Positions 25,664 through 42,055 of a stretch of DNA of 64,000 bases are shown here, piece by piece. The stretch is from Eledone cirrhosa. Its lineage: Eukaryota. The translations under genes and the position numbers were made by a program. The DNA is taken from assembly GCA_964016885.1 (NCBI GenBank), contig OZ024753.1:18910001-18974000 (forward strand), written 5' to 3'. How positions within the stretch are numbered: position 1 is the first letter of the stretch; the number at the start of each line of letters is the position of its first letter. The notes below the pieces were generated by a model. The model did not search any database, was not told the DNA's origin, and worked only from the letters and a program-made list of their open reading frames with translations.

Positions 25664-27807
25664 CGTGAGATGTTCAGGAAAACGTGAGGTGTTCAGGATT
25701 GCCAGGCAATGTGTCAAGGAAAACCGTGATATTGTCGGGGAGAAGTGTGTACTTAACGATGATGGCATACTTGCCATCACCGACGCTGATAAGAAGGTAG
25801 CTTGGAAGTGTCACTACGAAAGGCTTCTAAATTAGGAGAACAAATGGGAGAAAGACAGTCTCCCCTACATCGACCCAATAGAGGGACCAGCAGTGTTAGT
25901 CCAGGGTAGTACAATAAGCAAGGCAATCAAAGATATGAAGACGGGTAAGGCGGCTGGTCCTTCGGAAATAGTTGCTGAGATGCTGAAGGCATCTGGTTCG
26001 GTGGGACACACCATGGTCACCCGGATAGTTAACCAAGTCGTACAGAATGGGGTTGTTCCGAAGGACTGGCGTAGCAGCATCATCGTTAACTGCTATAAGG
26101 GAGAAGGAGATGCCCTAGATAGGAGTAACTATAGAGGCATTAAATTAATCGACCAGGTCATGAAGGTCACGGAAAAAGTAATAGCGCAACTAATCAGAGA
26201 GAGAATTGATCTAGATGAAATGCAGTTCGGGTTTGTGTCAGGCAAAAGTACCACAGACGCTCTTTTCATTGTACGACAACTACAGGAGAAGTACCTAGCT
26301 AAAAGTAAACCCCTATACTTAGCTTTCGTCGACTTGGAGAAAGCCTTCGACAGAGTCCCCCGTTCCATTATCTGGTGTCTCTTAGAAAACTAGGTGTTGA
26401 CGAATGGCTTGTGAGAGCTATACAAGCCATGTATAAAGAAACAGTCAGTAAGGTTAGAATTAACAACGAATATAGTGAAGAGTTCAGCGTAAAAGTTGGT
26501 GTCCATCAGGGCTCTGTTCTTAGCCCCCTACTATTTATTATTGCCCTTCAGGCTATAACAGAGGAGTTCAAGACCGGCTGCCATGGGAACTCCTATACGC
26601 AGATGATCTAACGCTCATAGCTGAATCAATGGACCGAACTAGAGAAGAAATTCCAAAGATGGAAGCACGGCCTAGAATCAAAAGGCCTTAAAATTAACCT
26701 GGCTAAGACTAAAGTTCTAGTTTGTAGGAAAGAAAATAAGGCGGCCGTCCCATCTGGAAATGGCCATGCTCAGTGTGTAGGAAAGGCGTAGGTAGAAACT
26801 CCATTTTATGTCCCAAATGCAAAGTATGGGTGCATAAAAGATGTAGTGGGATCACAGGTAAGCTAACTAAGAACATAGATTTTACATGTGGCCGGTGCTC
26901 GTGGTGCAATAAGTAGCAGCAAGTGCCCACAAAATACTAGCTCCTTCAACTGCGCAGAGGGTTCTATAGAAATAGTGGACAGCTTCCGTTACCTGGGTGA
27001 CAAAATCAGCAGTGGGGCGGGTGGCTCTGAAAGTACAGTAGCTAGAGTCAGAACTGGATGGAAAAAGTTCAGAGAGCTTATACCACTATTAGCCGCTAGA
27101 GGGTTCTCCCTAAAAATAAAAGGCAGGTTATACGATGCCTGCATACGAACAGCAATGCTGCATGGCAGTGAGACCTGGGCATTGTGTGCAGAGGATATAC
27201 GCAGACTAGAGAGGAACGAAGCTTGCATGCTCCGCTGGATGTGCAATAGTAATATACGTGAACGGCAAAGCATAAACGAACTAAGGAAAAAATTAGAAAT
27301 AAGAGGGATCCGATGTTGTTTACTCGAGAGAAGGCTACGTTGGTACGGTCACGTAATGCGCATGAAAGACGACAGCTGTATAACAAAGTGCAGGGCAATA
27401 AAGATAGACGGTAGCCACGGAGTAGGCAGACCCAGAAAAACATGGGACGAGCTGATAAATTCCGACCTCACACGCTTACACCTCTCCAAGACAATATCAC
27501 TGGACCGAGACCTTTGGCGGTACTCAGTAATAGAGAAGACCCGCCTTACCTAAATACAAAGTAAAAACCTACTACAGTCAGTAGGGATCTCTGTAATGTG
27601 GCCGTGTAGGCAACACGGTAAAAACCTCCCAGCCCCACACTGTAAATGTGGTTGGTGTTAGGAAGGGCATCCAACTGTAGAAAACCCGCCAGACAGTCCT
27701 ATGCGAGCAAGACAACCACTCTTGCCTCAAGTGGGAAAACCCCCGTCCAAACCCATGCAAGCGTGGAACACGGACGCTACACCTGATGATGATGATGATG
27801 ATGATGA
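25664..27807 (+). mobile_element. 5'-truncated RTE-clade LINE with PHD finger, copy 1 (frameshifted)
   Basis: RT motifs YRGIKLI, FVDLEKAFD, GVHQGSVLSP, YADDL; 3'UTR GGTGTTAGGAAGGGCATCC; (GAT)n tail. Confidence 0.93.
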
Positions 27808-27899
27808 TACATATGCATACATACATATATATATATATATGCATATATATATATATATATATATATATGTGCATATATACATATATATACCTATGCATA

Positions 27900-27966
<67 letters not shown>

Positions 27967-28093
27967 GTATGCATATATACATATATATACATATGCATAT
28001 ATATATATATATACATATGCATACATACATATATATATATATGCATATATATATATATATATATATATGCATACATACATATATATATACCTA

Positions 28094-28141
<48 letters not shown>

Positions 28142-28217
28142 GGCATATATACATATATATATACATGTGCATATATACATATATATACATATGCATATAT
28201 ATATATATATATGCATA

Positions 28218-28257
<40 letters not shown>

Positions 28258-28536
28258 TATACATATGCATATATATATATTTACATATGCATATATATAT
28301 ATATATCTATATATATATATATATATATGCATATATATATATATACATATGCATATATATATACATATGCATATATATATATATATACATATGCATATAT
28401 ATATATATATACATATGCATATATATATACATACATATGCATATATATATACATATGCATATATGTATATATACATATGTATATATATATATATACATAT
28501 GCATATATATATATGCATATATATATATTATACATA

Positions 28537-28607
<71 letters not shown>

Positions 28608-28668
28608 GAATATATATATATATATATAAATATGCATATATATATATATATATAAATATGCATATATA

Positions 28669-28774
<106 letters not shown>

Positions 28775-29026
28775 CATATGCATATATATATATATATATA
28801 CATATATATACATATGCATATATATATATTTACATATGCATATATATATATATATACATATGCATATATATATATATACATATGCATATATATATATATA
28901 TACATATGCATATATATATATACATATGCATATATATATATATACATATGCATATATATATATACATATGCATATATATATGCATATACATATGCATATA
29001 TATATATATACATATGAATATATATA

Positions 29027-29366
<340 letters not shown>

Positions 29367-29458
29367 TATATATATATAAATATATATAAATAAATATATA
29401 TATATATATATATGAATATATATATGAATATATATATATATAAATATATATATATATA

Positions 29459-29548
<90 letters not shown>

Positions 29549-29698
29549 GGAACCAGTAAGACCCCGACAGCTGAGCTCAAGCCGTTTCGACGGCTAATTC
29601 TGGGGGTCTTACTGGTCCCTATTACCCACTCTACTACCTCAAGTATTGAGTACTTTGGTGCGTTATGGTCCACCTGGTTCCTTACCACATTTCCTTCG

Positions 29699-29767
<69 letters not shown>

Positions 29768-29915
29768 CACAGATAAATCTATATACACAGATATATGAAT
29801 AAGAAAGGTTTTTTAACGAGGTTGAAATTGACCAATGTTAAGAATGGAAAGGGGCAGTATAAATCCTTAAGGTTGGTGGTAGTAGATGAATAAATAGGCC
29901 ATCAGTGATTAAGGT

Positions 29916-29955
<40 letters not shown>

Positions 29956-29958
29956 ACC

Positions 29959-29989
<31 letters not shown>

Positions 29990-30168
29990 CAATATATTAA
30001 TAAATGGAATCTATATTTATAAAACCATAATTATTTTATTGTATATATTTCAAGGGCGACCAAGCCATCTTGGTGCGCATTCATCAGATAAAATACAAAG
30101 TCTGTTATATAAATAGTGACATAACCATGGAAAACAACTTTGACGGTTGAAAATTCGCTGGATAGTCA

Positions 30169-30249
<81 letters not shown>

Positions 30250-30446
30250 GCATATGTATATATATATATATATGTATATATATGCATATATATATATATG
30301 TATATATATATATGTATATATATATATGCATATATATATATGTATATATATATATGTATATATGCATATGTATATATATATATATATATACATATGCATA
30401 TATATATATATATATATATATACATATGCATATATATATATATATA

Positions 30447-32591
30447 CGTGAGATGTTCAGGAAAACGTGAGGTGTTCAGGATTGCCAGGCAATGTGTCAA
30501 GGAAAACCGTGATATTGTCGGGGAGAAGTGTGTACTTAACGATGATGGCATACTTGCCATCACCGACGCTGATAAGAAGGTAGCTTGGAAGTGTCACTAC
30601 GAAAGGCTTCTAAATTAGGAGAACAAATGGGAGAAAGACAGTCTCCCCTACATCGACCCAATAGAGGGACCAGCAGTGTTAGTCCAGGGTAGTACAATAA
30701 GCAAGGCAATCAAAGATATGAAGACGGGTAAGGCGGCTGGTCCTTCGGAAATAGTTGCTGAGATGCTGAAGGCATCTGGTTCGGTGGGACACACCATGGT
30801 CACCCGGATAGTTAACCAAGTCGTACAGAATGGGGTTGTTCCGAAGGACTGGCGTAGCAGCATCATCGTTAACTGCTATAAGGGAGAAGGAGATGCCCTA
30901 GATAGGAGTAACTATAGAGGCATTAAATTAATCGACCAGGTCATGAAGGTCACGGAAAAAGTAATAGCGCAACTAATCAGAGAGAGAATTGATCTAGATG
31001 AAATGCAGTTCGGGTTTGTGTCAGGCAAAAGTACCACAGACGCTCTTTTCATTGTACGACAACTACAGGAGAAGTACCTAGCTAAAAGTAAACCCCTATA
31101 CTTAGCTTTCGTCGACTTGGAGAAAGCCTTCGACAGAGTCCCCCGTTCCATTATCTGGTGGTCTCTTAGAAAACTAGGTGTTGACGAATGGCTTGTGAGA
31201 GCTATACAAGCCATGTATAAAGAAACAGTCAGTAAGGTTAGAATTAACAACGAATATAGTGAAGAGTTCAGCGTAAAAGTTGGTGTCCATCAGGGCTCTG
31301 TTCTTAGCCCCCTACTATTTATTATTGCCCTTCAGGCTATAACAGAGGAGTTCAAGACCGGCTGCCCATGGGAACTCCTATACGCAGATGATCAAACGCT
31401 CATAGCTGAATCAATGACCGAACTAGAGAAGAAATTCCAAAGATGGAAGCACGGCCTAGAATCAAAAGGCCTTAAAATTAACCTGGCTAAGACTAAAGTT
31501 CTAGTTTGTAGGAAAGAAAATAAGGCGGCCGTCCCATCTGGGAAATGGCCATGCTCAGTGTGTAGGAAAGGCGTAGGTAGAAACTCCATTTTATGTCCCA
31601 AATGCAAAGTATGGGTGCATAAAAGATGTAGTGGGATCACAGGTAAGCTAACTAAGAACATAGATTTTACATGTGGCCGGTGCTCTGGTGCAATAAGTAG
31701 CAGCAAGTGCCCACAAAATACTAGCTCCTTCAACTGCGCAGAGGGTTCTATAGAAATAGTGGACAGCTTCCGTTACCTGGGTGACAAAATCAGCAGTGGG
31801 GGCGGGTGCTCTGAAAGTACAGTAGCTAGAGTCAGAACTGGATGGAAAAAGTTCAGAGAGCTTATACCACTATTAGCCGCTAGAGGGTTCTCCCTAAAAA
31901 TAAAAGGCAGGTTATACGATGCCTGCATACGAACAGCAATGCTGCATGGCAGTGAGACCTGGGCATTGTGTGCAGAGGATATACGCAGACTAGAGAGGAA
32001 CGAAGCTTGCATGCTCCGCTGGATGTGCAATAGTAATATACGTGAACGGCAAAGCATAAACGAACTAAGGAAAAAATTAGAAATAAGAGGGATCCGATGT
32101 TGTTTACTCGAGAGAAGGCTACGTTGGTACGGTCACGTAATGCGCATGAAAGACGACAGCTGTATAACAAAGTGCAGGGCAATAAAGATAGACGGTAGCC
32201 ACGGAGTAGGCAGACCCAGAAAAACATGGGACGAGCTGATAAATTCCGACCTCACACGCTTACACCTCTCCAAGACAATATCACTGGACCGAGACCTTTG
32301 GCGGTACTCAGTAATAGAGAAGACCCGCCTTACCTAAATACAAAGTAAAAACCTACTACAGTCAGTAGGCATCTCTGTAATGTGGCCGTGTAGGCAACAC
32401 GGTAAAAACCTCCCAGCCCCACACTGTAAATGTGGTTGGTGTTAGGAAGGGCATCCAACTGTAGAAAACCCGCCAGACAGTCCTATGCGAGCAAGACAAC
32501 CACTCTTGCCTCAAGTGGGAAAACCCCCGTCCAAACCCATGCAAGCGTGGAACACGGACGCTAAACCTGATGATGATGATGATGATGATGA
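30447..32591 (+). mobile_element. 5'-truncated RTE-clade LINE with PHD finger, copy 2
   Basis: As copy 1, with an open 553 aa frame. Confidence 0.93.
30676..32337 (+). pseudogene. RTE reverse transcriptase fragment with inserted C4HC3 PHD finger
   Basis: 553 aa with YADD. Preceded by an in-frame TAG (30616-30618) and lacks the endonuclease. Confidence 0.9.
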
Positions 32592-32623
32592 TACATATGC
32601 ATACATACATATATATATATATA

Positions 32624-32657
<34 letters not shown>

Positions 32658-32685
32658 CATATATACATATATATACCTATGCATA

Positions 32686-32762
<77 letters not shown>

Positions 32763-32885
32763 GCATATATACATATATATACATATGCATATATATATAT
32801 ATACATATGCATACATACATATATATATATATGCATATATATATATATATATATATATATGCATACATACATATATATATACCTA

Positions 32886-32943
<58 letters not shown>

Positions 32944-33022
32944 GGCATATATACATATATATATACATGTGCATATATACATATATATACATATGCATAT
33001 ATATATATATATATGCATATTC

Positions 33023-33055
<33 letters not shown>

Positions 33056-33335
33056 TATACATAATGCATATATATATATTTACATATGCATATATATATA
33101 TATATCTATATATATATATATATATATGCATATATATATATATACATATGCATATATATATACATATGCATATATATATATATACATATGCATATATATA
33201 TATATATACATATGCATATATATATACATACATATGCATATATATATACATATGCATATATATATATATACATATGTATATATATATATATACATATGCA
33301 TATATATATATGCATATATATATATATTATACATA

Positions 33336-33396
<61 letters not shown>

Positions 33397-33457
33397 GAAT
33401 ATATATATATATATATAAATATGCATATATATATATATATATAAATATGCATATATA

Positions 33458-33562
<105 letters not shown>

Positions 33563-33813
33563 GCATATATATATATATATATACATATATATACATATGC
33601 ATATATATATATTTACATATGCATATATATATATATATACATATGCATATATATATATATACATATGCATATATATATATATATACATATGCATATATAT
33701 ATATATACATATGCATATATATATATATATACATATGCATATATATATATACATATGCATATATATATGCATATACATATGCATATATATATATATACAT
33801 ATGAATATATATA

Positions 33814-34181
<368 letters not shown>

Positions 34182-34273
34182 TATATATATATAAATATAT
34201 ATAAATAAATATATATATATATATATATGAATATATATATGAATATATATATATATAAATATATATATATATA

Positions 34274-34317
<44 letters not shown>

Positions 34318-34467
34318 GGAACCAGTAAGACCCCGACAGCTGAGCTCAAGCCGTTTCGACGGCTAATTCTGGGGGTCTTACTGGTCCCTATTACCCACTC
34401 TACTACCTCAAGTATTGAGTACTTTGGTGCGTTATGGTCCACCTGGTTCCTTACCACATTTCCTTCG

Positions 34468-34534
<67 letters not shown>

Positions 34535-34682
34535 CACAGATAAATCTATATACACAGATATATGAATAAGAAAGGTTTTTTAACGAGGTTGAAATTGACC
34601 AATGTTAAGAATGGAAAGGGGCAGTATAAATCCTTAAGGTTGGTGGTAGTAGATGAATAAATAGGCCATCAGTGATTAAGGT

Positions 34683-34722
<40 letters not shown>

Positions 34723-34725
34723 ACC

Positions 34726-34756
<31 letters not shown>

Positions 34757-34935
34757 CAATATATTAATAAATGGAATCTATATTTATAAAACCATAATTA
34801 TGTTATTGTATATATTTCAAGGGCGACCAAGCCATCTTGGTGCGCATTCATCAGATAAAATACAAAGTCTGTTATATAAATAGTGACATAACCATGGAAA
34901 ACAACTTTGACGGTTGAAAATTCGCTGGATAGTCA

Positions 34936-35036
<101 letters not shown>

Positions 35037-35220
35037 GCATATGTATATATATATATATATGTATATATATGCATATATATATATATGTATATATATATAT
35101 GTATATATATATATGCATATATATATATGTATATATGCATATGTATATATATATATATATATACATATGCATATATATTATATATATATATATATACATA
35201 TGCATATATATATATATATA

Positions 35221-37365
35221 CGTGAGATGTTCAGGAAAACGTGAGGTGTTCAGGATTGCCAGGCAATGTGTCAAGGAAAACCGTGATATTGTCGGGGAGA
35301 AGTGTGTACTTAACGATGATGGCATACTTGCCATCACCGACGCTGATAAGAAGGTAGCTTGGAAGTGTCACTACGAAAGGCTTCTAAATTAGGAGAACAA
35401 ATGGGAGAAAGACAGTCTCCCCTACATCGACCCAATAGAGGGACCAGCAGTGTTAGTCCAGGGTAGTACAATAAGCAAGGCAATCAAAGATATGAAGACG
35501 GGTAAGGCGGCTGGTCCTTCGGAAATAGTTGCTGAGATGCTGAAGGCATCTGGTTCGGTGGGACACACCATGGTCACCCGGATAGTTAACCAAGTCGTAC
35601 AGAATGGGGTTGTTCCGAAGGACTGGCGTAGCAGCATCATCGTTAACTGCTATAAGGGAGAAGGAGATGCCCTAGATAGGAGTAACTATAGAGGCATTAA
35701 ATTAATCGACCAGGTCATGAAGGTCACGGAAAAAGTAATAGCGCAACTAATCAGAGAGAGAATTGATCTAGATGAAATGCAGTTCGGGTTTGTGTCAGGC
35801 AAAAGTACCACAGACGCTCTTTTCATTGTACGACAACTACAGGAGAAGTACCTAGCTAAAAGTAAACCCCTATACTTAGCTTTCGTCGACTTGGAGAAAG
35901 CCTTCGACAGAGTCCCCCGTTCCATTATCTGGTGGTCTCTTAGAAAACTAGGTGTTGACGAATGGCTTGTGAGAGCTATACAAGCCATGTATAAAGAAAC
36001 AGTCAGTAAGGTTAGAATTAACAACGAATATAGTGAAGAGTTCAGCGTAAAAGTTGGTGTCCATCAGGGCTCTGTTCTTAGCCCCCTACTATTTATTATT
36101 GCCCTTCAGGCTATAACAGAGGAGTTCAAGACCGGCTGCCCATGGGAACTCCTATACGCAGATGATCAAACGCTCATAGCTGAATCAATGACCGAACTAG
36201 AGAAGAAATTCCAAAGATGGAAGCACGGCCTAGAATCAAAAGGCCTTAAAATTAACCTGGCTAAGACTAAAGTTCTAGTTTGTAGGAAAGAAAATAAGGC
36301 GGCCGTCCCATCTGGGAAATGGCCATGCTCAGTGTGTAGGAAAGGCGTAGGTAGAAACTCCATTTTATGTCCCAAATGCAAAGTATGGGTGCATAAAAGA
36401 TGTAGTGGGATCACAGGTAAGCTAACTAAGAACATAGATTTTACATGTGGCCGGTGCTCTGGTGCAATAAGTAGCAGCAAGTGCCCACAAAATACTAGCT
36501 CCTTCAACTGCGCAGAGGGTTCTATAGAAATAGTGGACAGCTTCCGTTACCTGGGTGACAAAATCAGCAGTGGGGGCGGGTGCTCTGAAAGTACAGTAGC
36601 TAGAGTCAGAACTGGATGGAAAAAGTTCAGAGAGCTTATACCACTATTAGCCGCTAGAGGGTTCTCCCTAAAAATAAAAGGCAGGTTATACGATGCCTGC
36701 ATACGAACAGCAATGCTGCATGGCAGTGAGACCTGGGCATTGTGTGCAGAGGATATACGCAGACTAGAGAGGAACGAAGCTTGCATGCTCCGCTGGATGT
36801 GCAATAGTAATATACGTGAACGGCAAAGCATAAACGAACTAAGGAAAAAATTAGAAATAAGAGGGATCCGATGTTGTTTACTCGAGAGAAGGCTACGTTG
36901 GTACGGTCACGTAATGCGCATGAAAGACGACAGCTGTATAACAAAGTGCAGGGCAATAAAGATAGACGATAGCCACGGAGTAGGCAGACCCAGAAAAACA
37001 TGGGACGAGCTGATAAATTCCGACCTCACACGCTTACACCTCTCCAAGACAATATCACTGGACCGAGACCTTTGGCGGTACTCAGTAATAGAGAAGACCC
37101 GCCTTACCTAAATACAAAGTAAAAACCTACTACAGTCAGTAGGGATCTCTGTAATGTGGCCGTGTAGGCAACACGGTAAAAACCTCCCAGCCCCACACTG
37201 TAAATGTGGTTGGTGTTAGGAAGGGCATCCAACTGTAGAAAACCCGCCAGACAGTCCTATGCGAGCAAGACAACCACTCTTGCCTCAAGTGGGAAAACCC
37301 CCGTCCAAACCCATGCAAGCGTGGAACACGGACGCTAAACCTGATGATGATGATGATGATGATGA
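35221..37365 (+). mobile_element. 5'-truncated RTE-clade LINE with PHD finger, copy 3
   Basis: As copy 2. Confidence 0.93.
35450..37111 (+). pseudogene. RTE reverse transcriptase fragment with PHD finger
   Basis: 553 aa, differing from copy 2 by a G-to-D change near the C-terminus (IDGSH vs IDDSH). Confidence 0.9.
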
Positions 37366-37449
37366 TACATATGCATACATACATATATATATATATATGC
37401 ATATATATATATATATATATATATGTGCATATATACATGTATATACATA

Positions 37450-37538
<89 letters not shown>

Positions 37539-37655
37539 GCATATATACATATATATACATATGCATATATATATATATACATATGCATACATACATATAT
37601 ATATATATGCATATATATATATATATATATGCATACATACATATATATATACCTA

Positions 37656-37703
<48 letters not shown>

Positions 37704-37778
37704 GGCATATATACATATATATACATGTGCATATATACATATGTATACATATGCATATATATATATATATGCATATGC

Positions 37779-37809
<31 letters not shown>

Positions 37810-38078
37810 TATACATATATATATATTTACATATGCATATATATATATATATCTATATATATATATATATATGCATATATATATATATACATATGCATAT
37901 ATATATACATATGCATATATATATATATACATATGCATATATATATATATATACATATGCATATATATATACATACATATGCATATATATATACATATGC
38001 ATATATATATATATACATATGTATATATATATATATACATATGCATATATATATATGCATATATATATATTATACATA

Positions 38079-38141
<63 letters not shown>

Positions 38142-38206
38142 GAATATATATATATATATATAAATATGCATATATATATATATATATATATAAATATGCA
38201 TATATA

Positions 38207-38331
<125 letters not shown>

Positions 38332-38605
38332 GCATATATATATATATATATACATATATATACATATGCATATATATATATTTACATATGCATATATATA
38401 TATATATCTATTATATATATATATATACATATGCATATATATATATATATATACATATGCATATATATATATATATATATACATATGCATATATATATAT
38501 ACATATGCATATATATATATATACATATGCATATATATATATACATATGCATATATATATGCATATACATATGCATATATATATATATACATATGAATAT
38601 ATATA

Positions 38606-38724
<119 letters not shown>

Positions 38725-38725
38725 T

Positions 38726-38794
<69 letters not shown>

Positions 38795-38860
38795 TATATA
38801 TATACATATGCATATATGTATATATATACATATGTAAATATATATATATATATATATATA

Positions 38861-38939
<79 letters not shown>

Positions 38940-39073
38940 GGGGCAGCCGAAAATGTCATAGGCCGAATATGAAAGTTTGATGCTAGATCATATATTGATT
39001 TCAACGCTTCTTGATAATAACTACATTGACTCTTTTCGGACATTCCATGAGAGTATGGGCCCTACTGTCGATT

Positions 39074-41275
39074 CTCCTGTGTATACAATACAGCATATGT
39101 AAAGCAGTATGAGCTCTCCTGTGTATACAATACAGCATATGTAAAGCAGTATGAGCTCTCCTGTGTATACAATACAGCATATGTAAAGCAGTATGAGCTC
39201 TCCTGTGTATACAGTACAGCATATGTAAAGCAGTATGAGCTCTCCTGTGTATACAGTACAGCATATGTAAAGCAGTATGAGCTCTCCTGTGTATACAGTA
39301 CAGCATATGTAAAGCAGTATGAGCTCTCCTGTGTATACAGTACAGCATATGTAAAGCAATATGAGCTCTCCTGTGTATACAGTACAGCATATGTAAAGCA
39401 GTATGAGCTCTCCTGTGTATACAATACAGCATATGTAAAGCAGTATGAGCTCTGCTGTGTATACAATACAGCATATATAAAGCAGTATGAGCTCTCCCGT
39501 GTATACAGTACAGCATATGTAAAGCAGTATGAGCTCTCCTGTGTATACAGTACAGCATATGTAAAGCAGTATGAGCTCTCCTGTGTATACAGTACAGCAT
39601 ATGTAAAGCAGTATGAGCTCTCCTGTGTATACAGTACAGCATATGTAAAGCAGTATGAGCTCTCCTGTGTATACAATACAGCATATGTAAAGCAGTATGA
39701 GCTCTCCTGTGTATACAATACAGCATATGTAAATCAGTATGAGCTCTCCTGTGTATACAGTACAGCATATGTAAAGCAGTATGAGCTCTGCTATGTACAC
39801 AATACAACATAACTACACCAGTATGAGCTCTCCTATGTACACAATACAACATAACTAAACTAGTATGAGCTCGCCTATGTATACAGTACAGCGTATCTAA
39901 AGAGATATGAGATGTCCTATGTACACGATACAACATATCTAAAGTAGTAAAAGCTCCCCTATGTACACAATACAACCTAACTACACCAGTATGAGCTCTC
40001 CTGTGTAAACAATACAACATAACTACACCAGTATGACCTCTCCTATGTACACAATACAACATAACTAAACGAGTTATTTACACAATACAACATAACTACA
40101 CCAGTATGAGCTCTCCTATGTACACAATACAACCTAACTACACCAGTATAAACTCTCCTGTGTACACAATACAACATAACTACACCAGTATGAGCTCTCC
40201 TATGTACACAATACAACATAACTAAAACAGTATGAGCTCTCCTATGTACACAATACAACATAACTACACCAGTATCAGCTCTCCTATGTACTCAATAGAA
40301 CATAGCTACACCAGTATGAGCTCTCCTATGTACACAATACAATATAACTACACCAGTATGAGCTCTCCTATGTACTCAATACAACATAGCTACACCAGTA
40401 TGAGCTCTCCTATGTACACAATACAACCTAACTACACCAGTATGAGCTCTTCTGTGTAAACAATACAACATAACTAAACCAGTATGAGCTCTCCTATGTA
40501 CACAATACAACTTAACTACACCAGTATGAGCTCTCCTATGTACTCAATACAACATAGCTACACCAGTATGACCTCTCCTATGTACACAATACAACATAAC
40601 TACACCAGTGTGAGCTCTGCCTTGTAAATAATACAACATAACTACACCAGTATGAGCTCTCCTATGTACACAGTACAACATAACTAAACCAGTTATGTAC
40701 ACAATACAACATAACTACACCAGTATGAGCTCTCCTATGTACACAATACAATCTAACTACACCAGTATGAACTCTCCTGTGTACACAATACAACATAACT
40801 ACACCAGTATGAGCTCTCCTATGTACACAATACATCATAACTACACGAGTATGAGCTCTCCTATGTACACAATACAACATAGTTACTCCAGTATGAGCTC
40901 TCCTATGTATATAATACAACATAACTAAACCAGTTATGTACACAATACAACATAACTACACCAGTATGAGCTCTCCTATGTACACAATACAACCTAACTA
41001 CACCAGTATGAACTCTCCTGTTTACACAATACAACATAACTACACCAGTATGAGCTCTCCTATGTACACAATACAACATAACTAAACCAGTATGAGCTCT
41101 CCTATGTACACAATACAATATAACTACACCAGTATGAGCTCTCCTATGTACTCAATACAACATAGCTACACCAGTATGAGCTCTCCTATGTACACAATAC
41201 AACATAACTAAACCAGTATGTGCTCTCCTATGTACACAATACAACATAACTAAACCAGTATGTGCTCTCCTATGT
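39074..41275. repeat. 42 bp minisatellite, about 52 units in two variant domains
   Basis: Type A GAGCTCTCCTGTGTATACARTACAGCATATGTAAAGCAGTAT runs to ~39790, then type B GAGCTCTCCTATGTACACAATACAACATAACTACACCAGTAT. Confidence 0.97.
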
Positions 41276-42055
41276 CAGGGTGGATCATACTCAAATATCC
41301 TCCTCTTGATATACTACAATATGATACTGCACTGTACAACAAGCTAATGAAACATATGATTCCTTGCTGATAATAGTATAGTCTAGAGTAAATTATGTTA
41401 GTCAGTCACTATTTTAAGCCAACAGATTGAAACATCAATAGATTTTATCGTAGCTATATCTAGAACAAACTATTGCTAACGAGATGTGAACCATTGATTA
41501 GTTAAGCTGTAAATTGTCACTCTTATCGGCTTCACCGGTTATAGGTCTACATCATATTTAATGTGGGAACTATATCTTAATCACATTTTAATGACAAAAT
41601 ACGTTACAGCGTACATTTTTACATATTCAATATGCAATTTAAACATCAAAGGAATAGTAAATGTTTCATAAAACACTATAATTCTCGCTGTTCTACAGAT
41701 ACGAGTGTTCTGTTTGAAAATTAGGATTTTTATAGAATAATTTGTTGTTTTCTATTACATATAATCACGCTACTAATGTTTTCAATGAACCTAACTTATT
41801 ATTAGAAACATTAATTTATATATGGTTTTTAATTACAAACTTAATTACTAGTAGCTATAATAATATATCTGATAAATACAGTTAAAATATTTTGAACAAA
41901 CGAAAATAAAGAAAAATACAATCATTTATATTATAATCAATATTATTCATCAAATTTTCATAATTAGCAGCTTTGCTTTCTTCATTAAACTGTTTTACTT
42001 TAACATTGAGTTATAATTGGATTCGTTTGTATTTAATAGTTGACCATAGTAACTA

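Noticed and set aside
38937-39070. Possible Tc1/mariner terminal repeat after TA
   Set aside because: No matching second terminus or transposase was seen.
39001-41118. His/Cys-rich 14 aa repeat ORFs (MLYCIHRRAHTALH)
   Set aside because: The type A block is open in all three minus frames, a by-product of a 42 bp unit. There is no unique coding flank.
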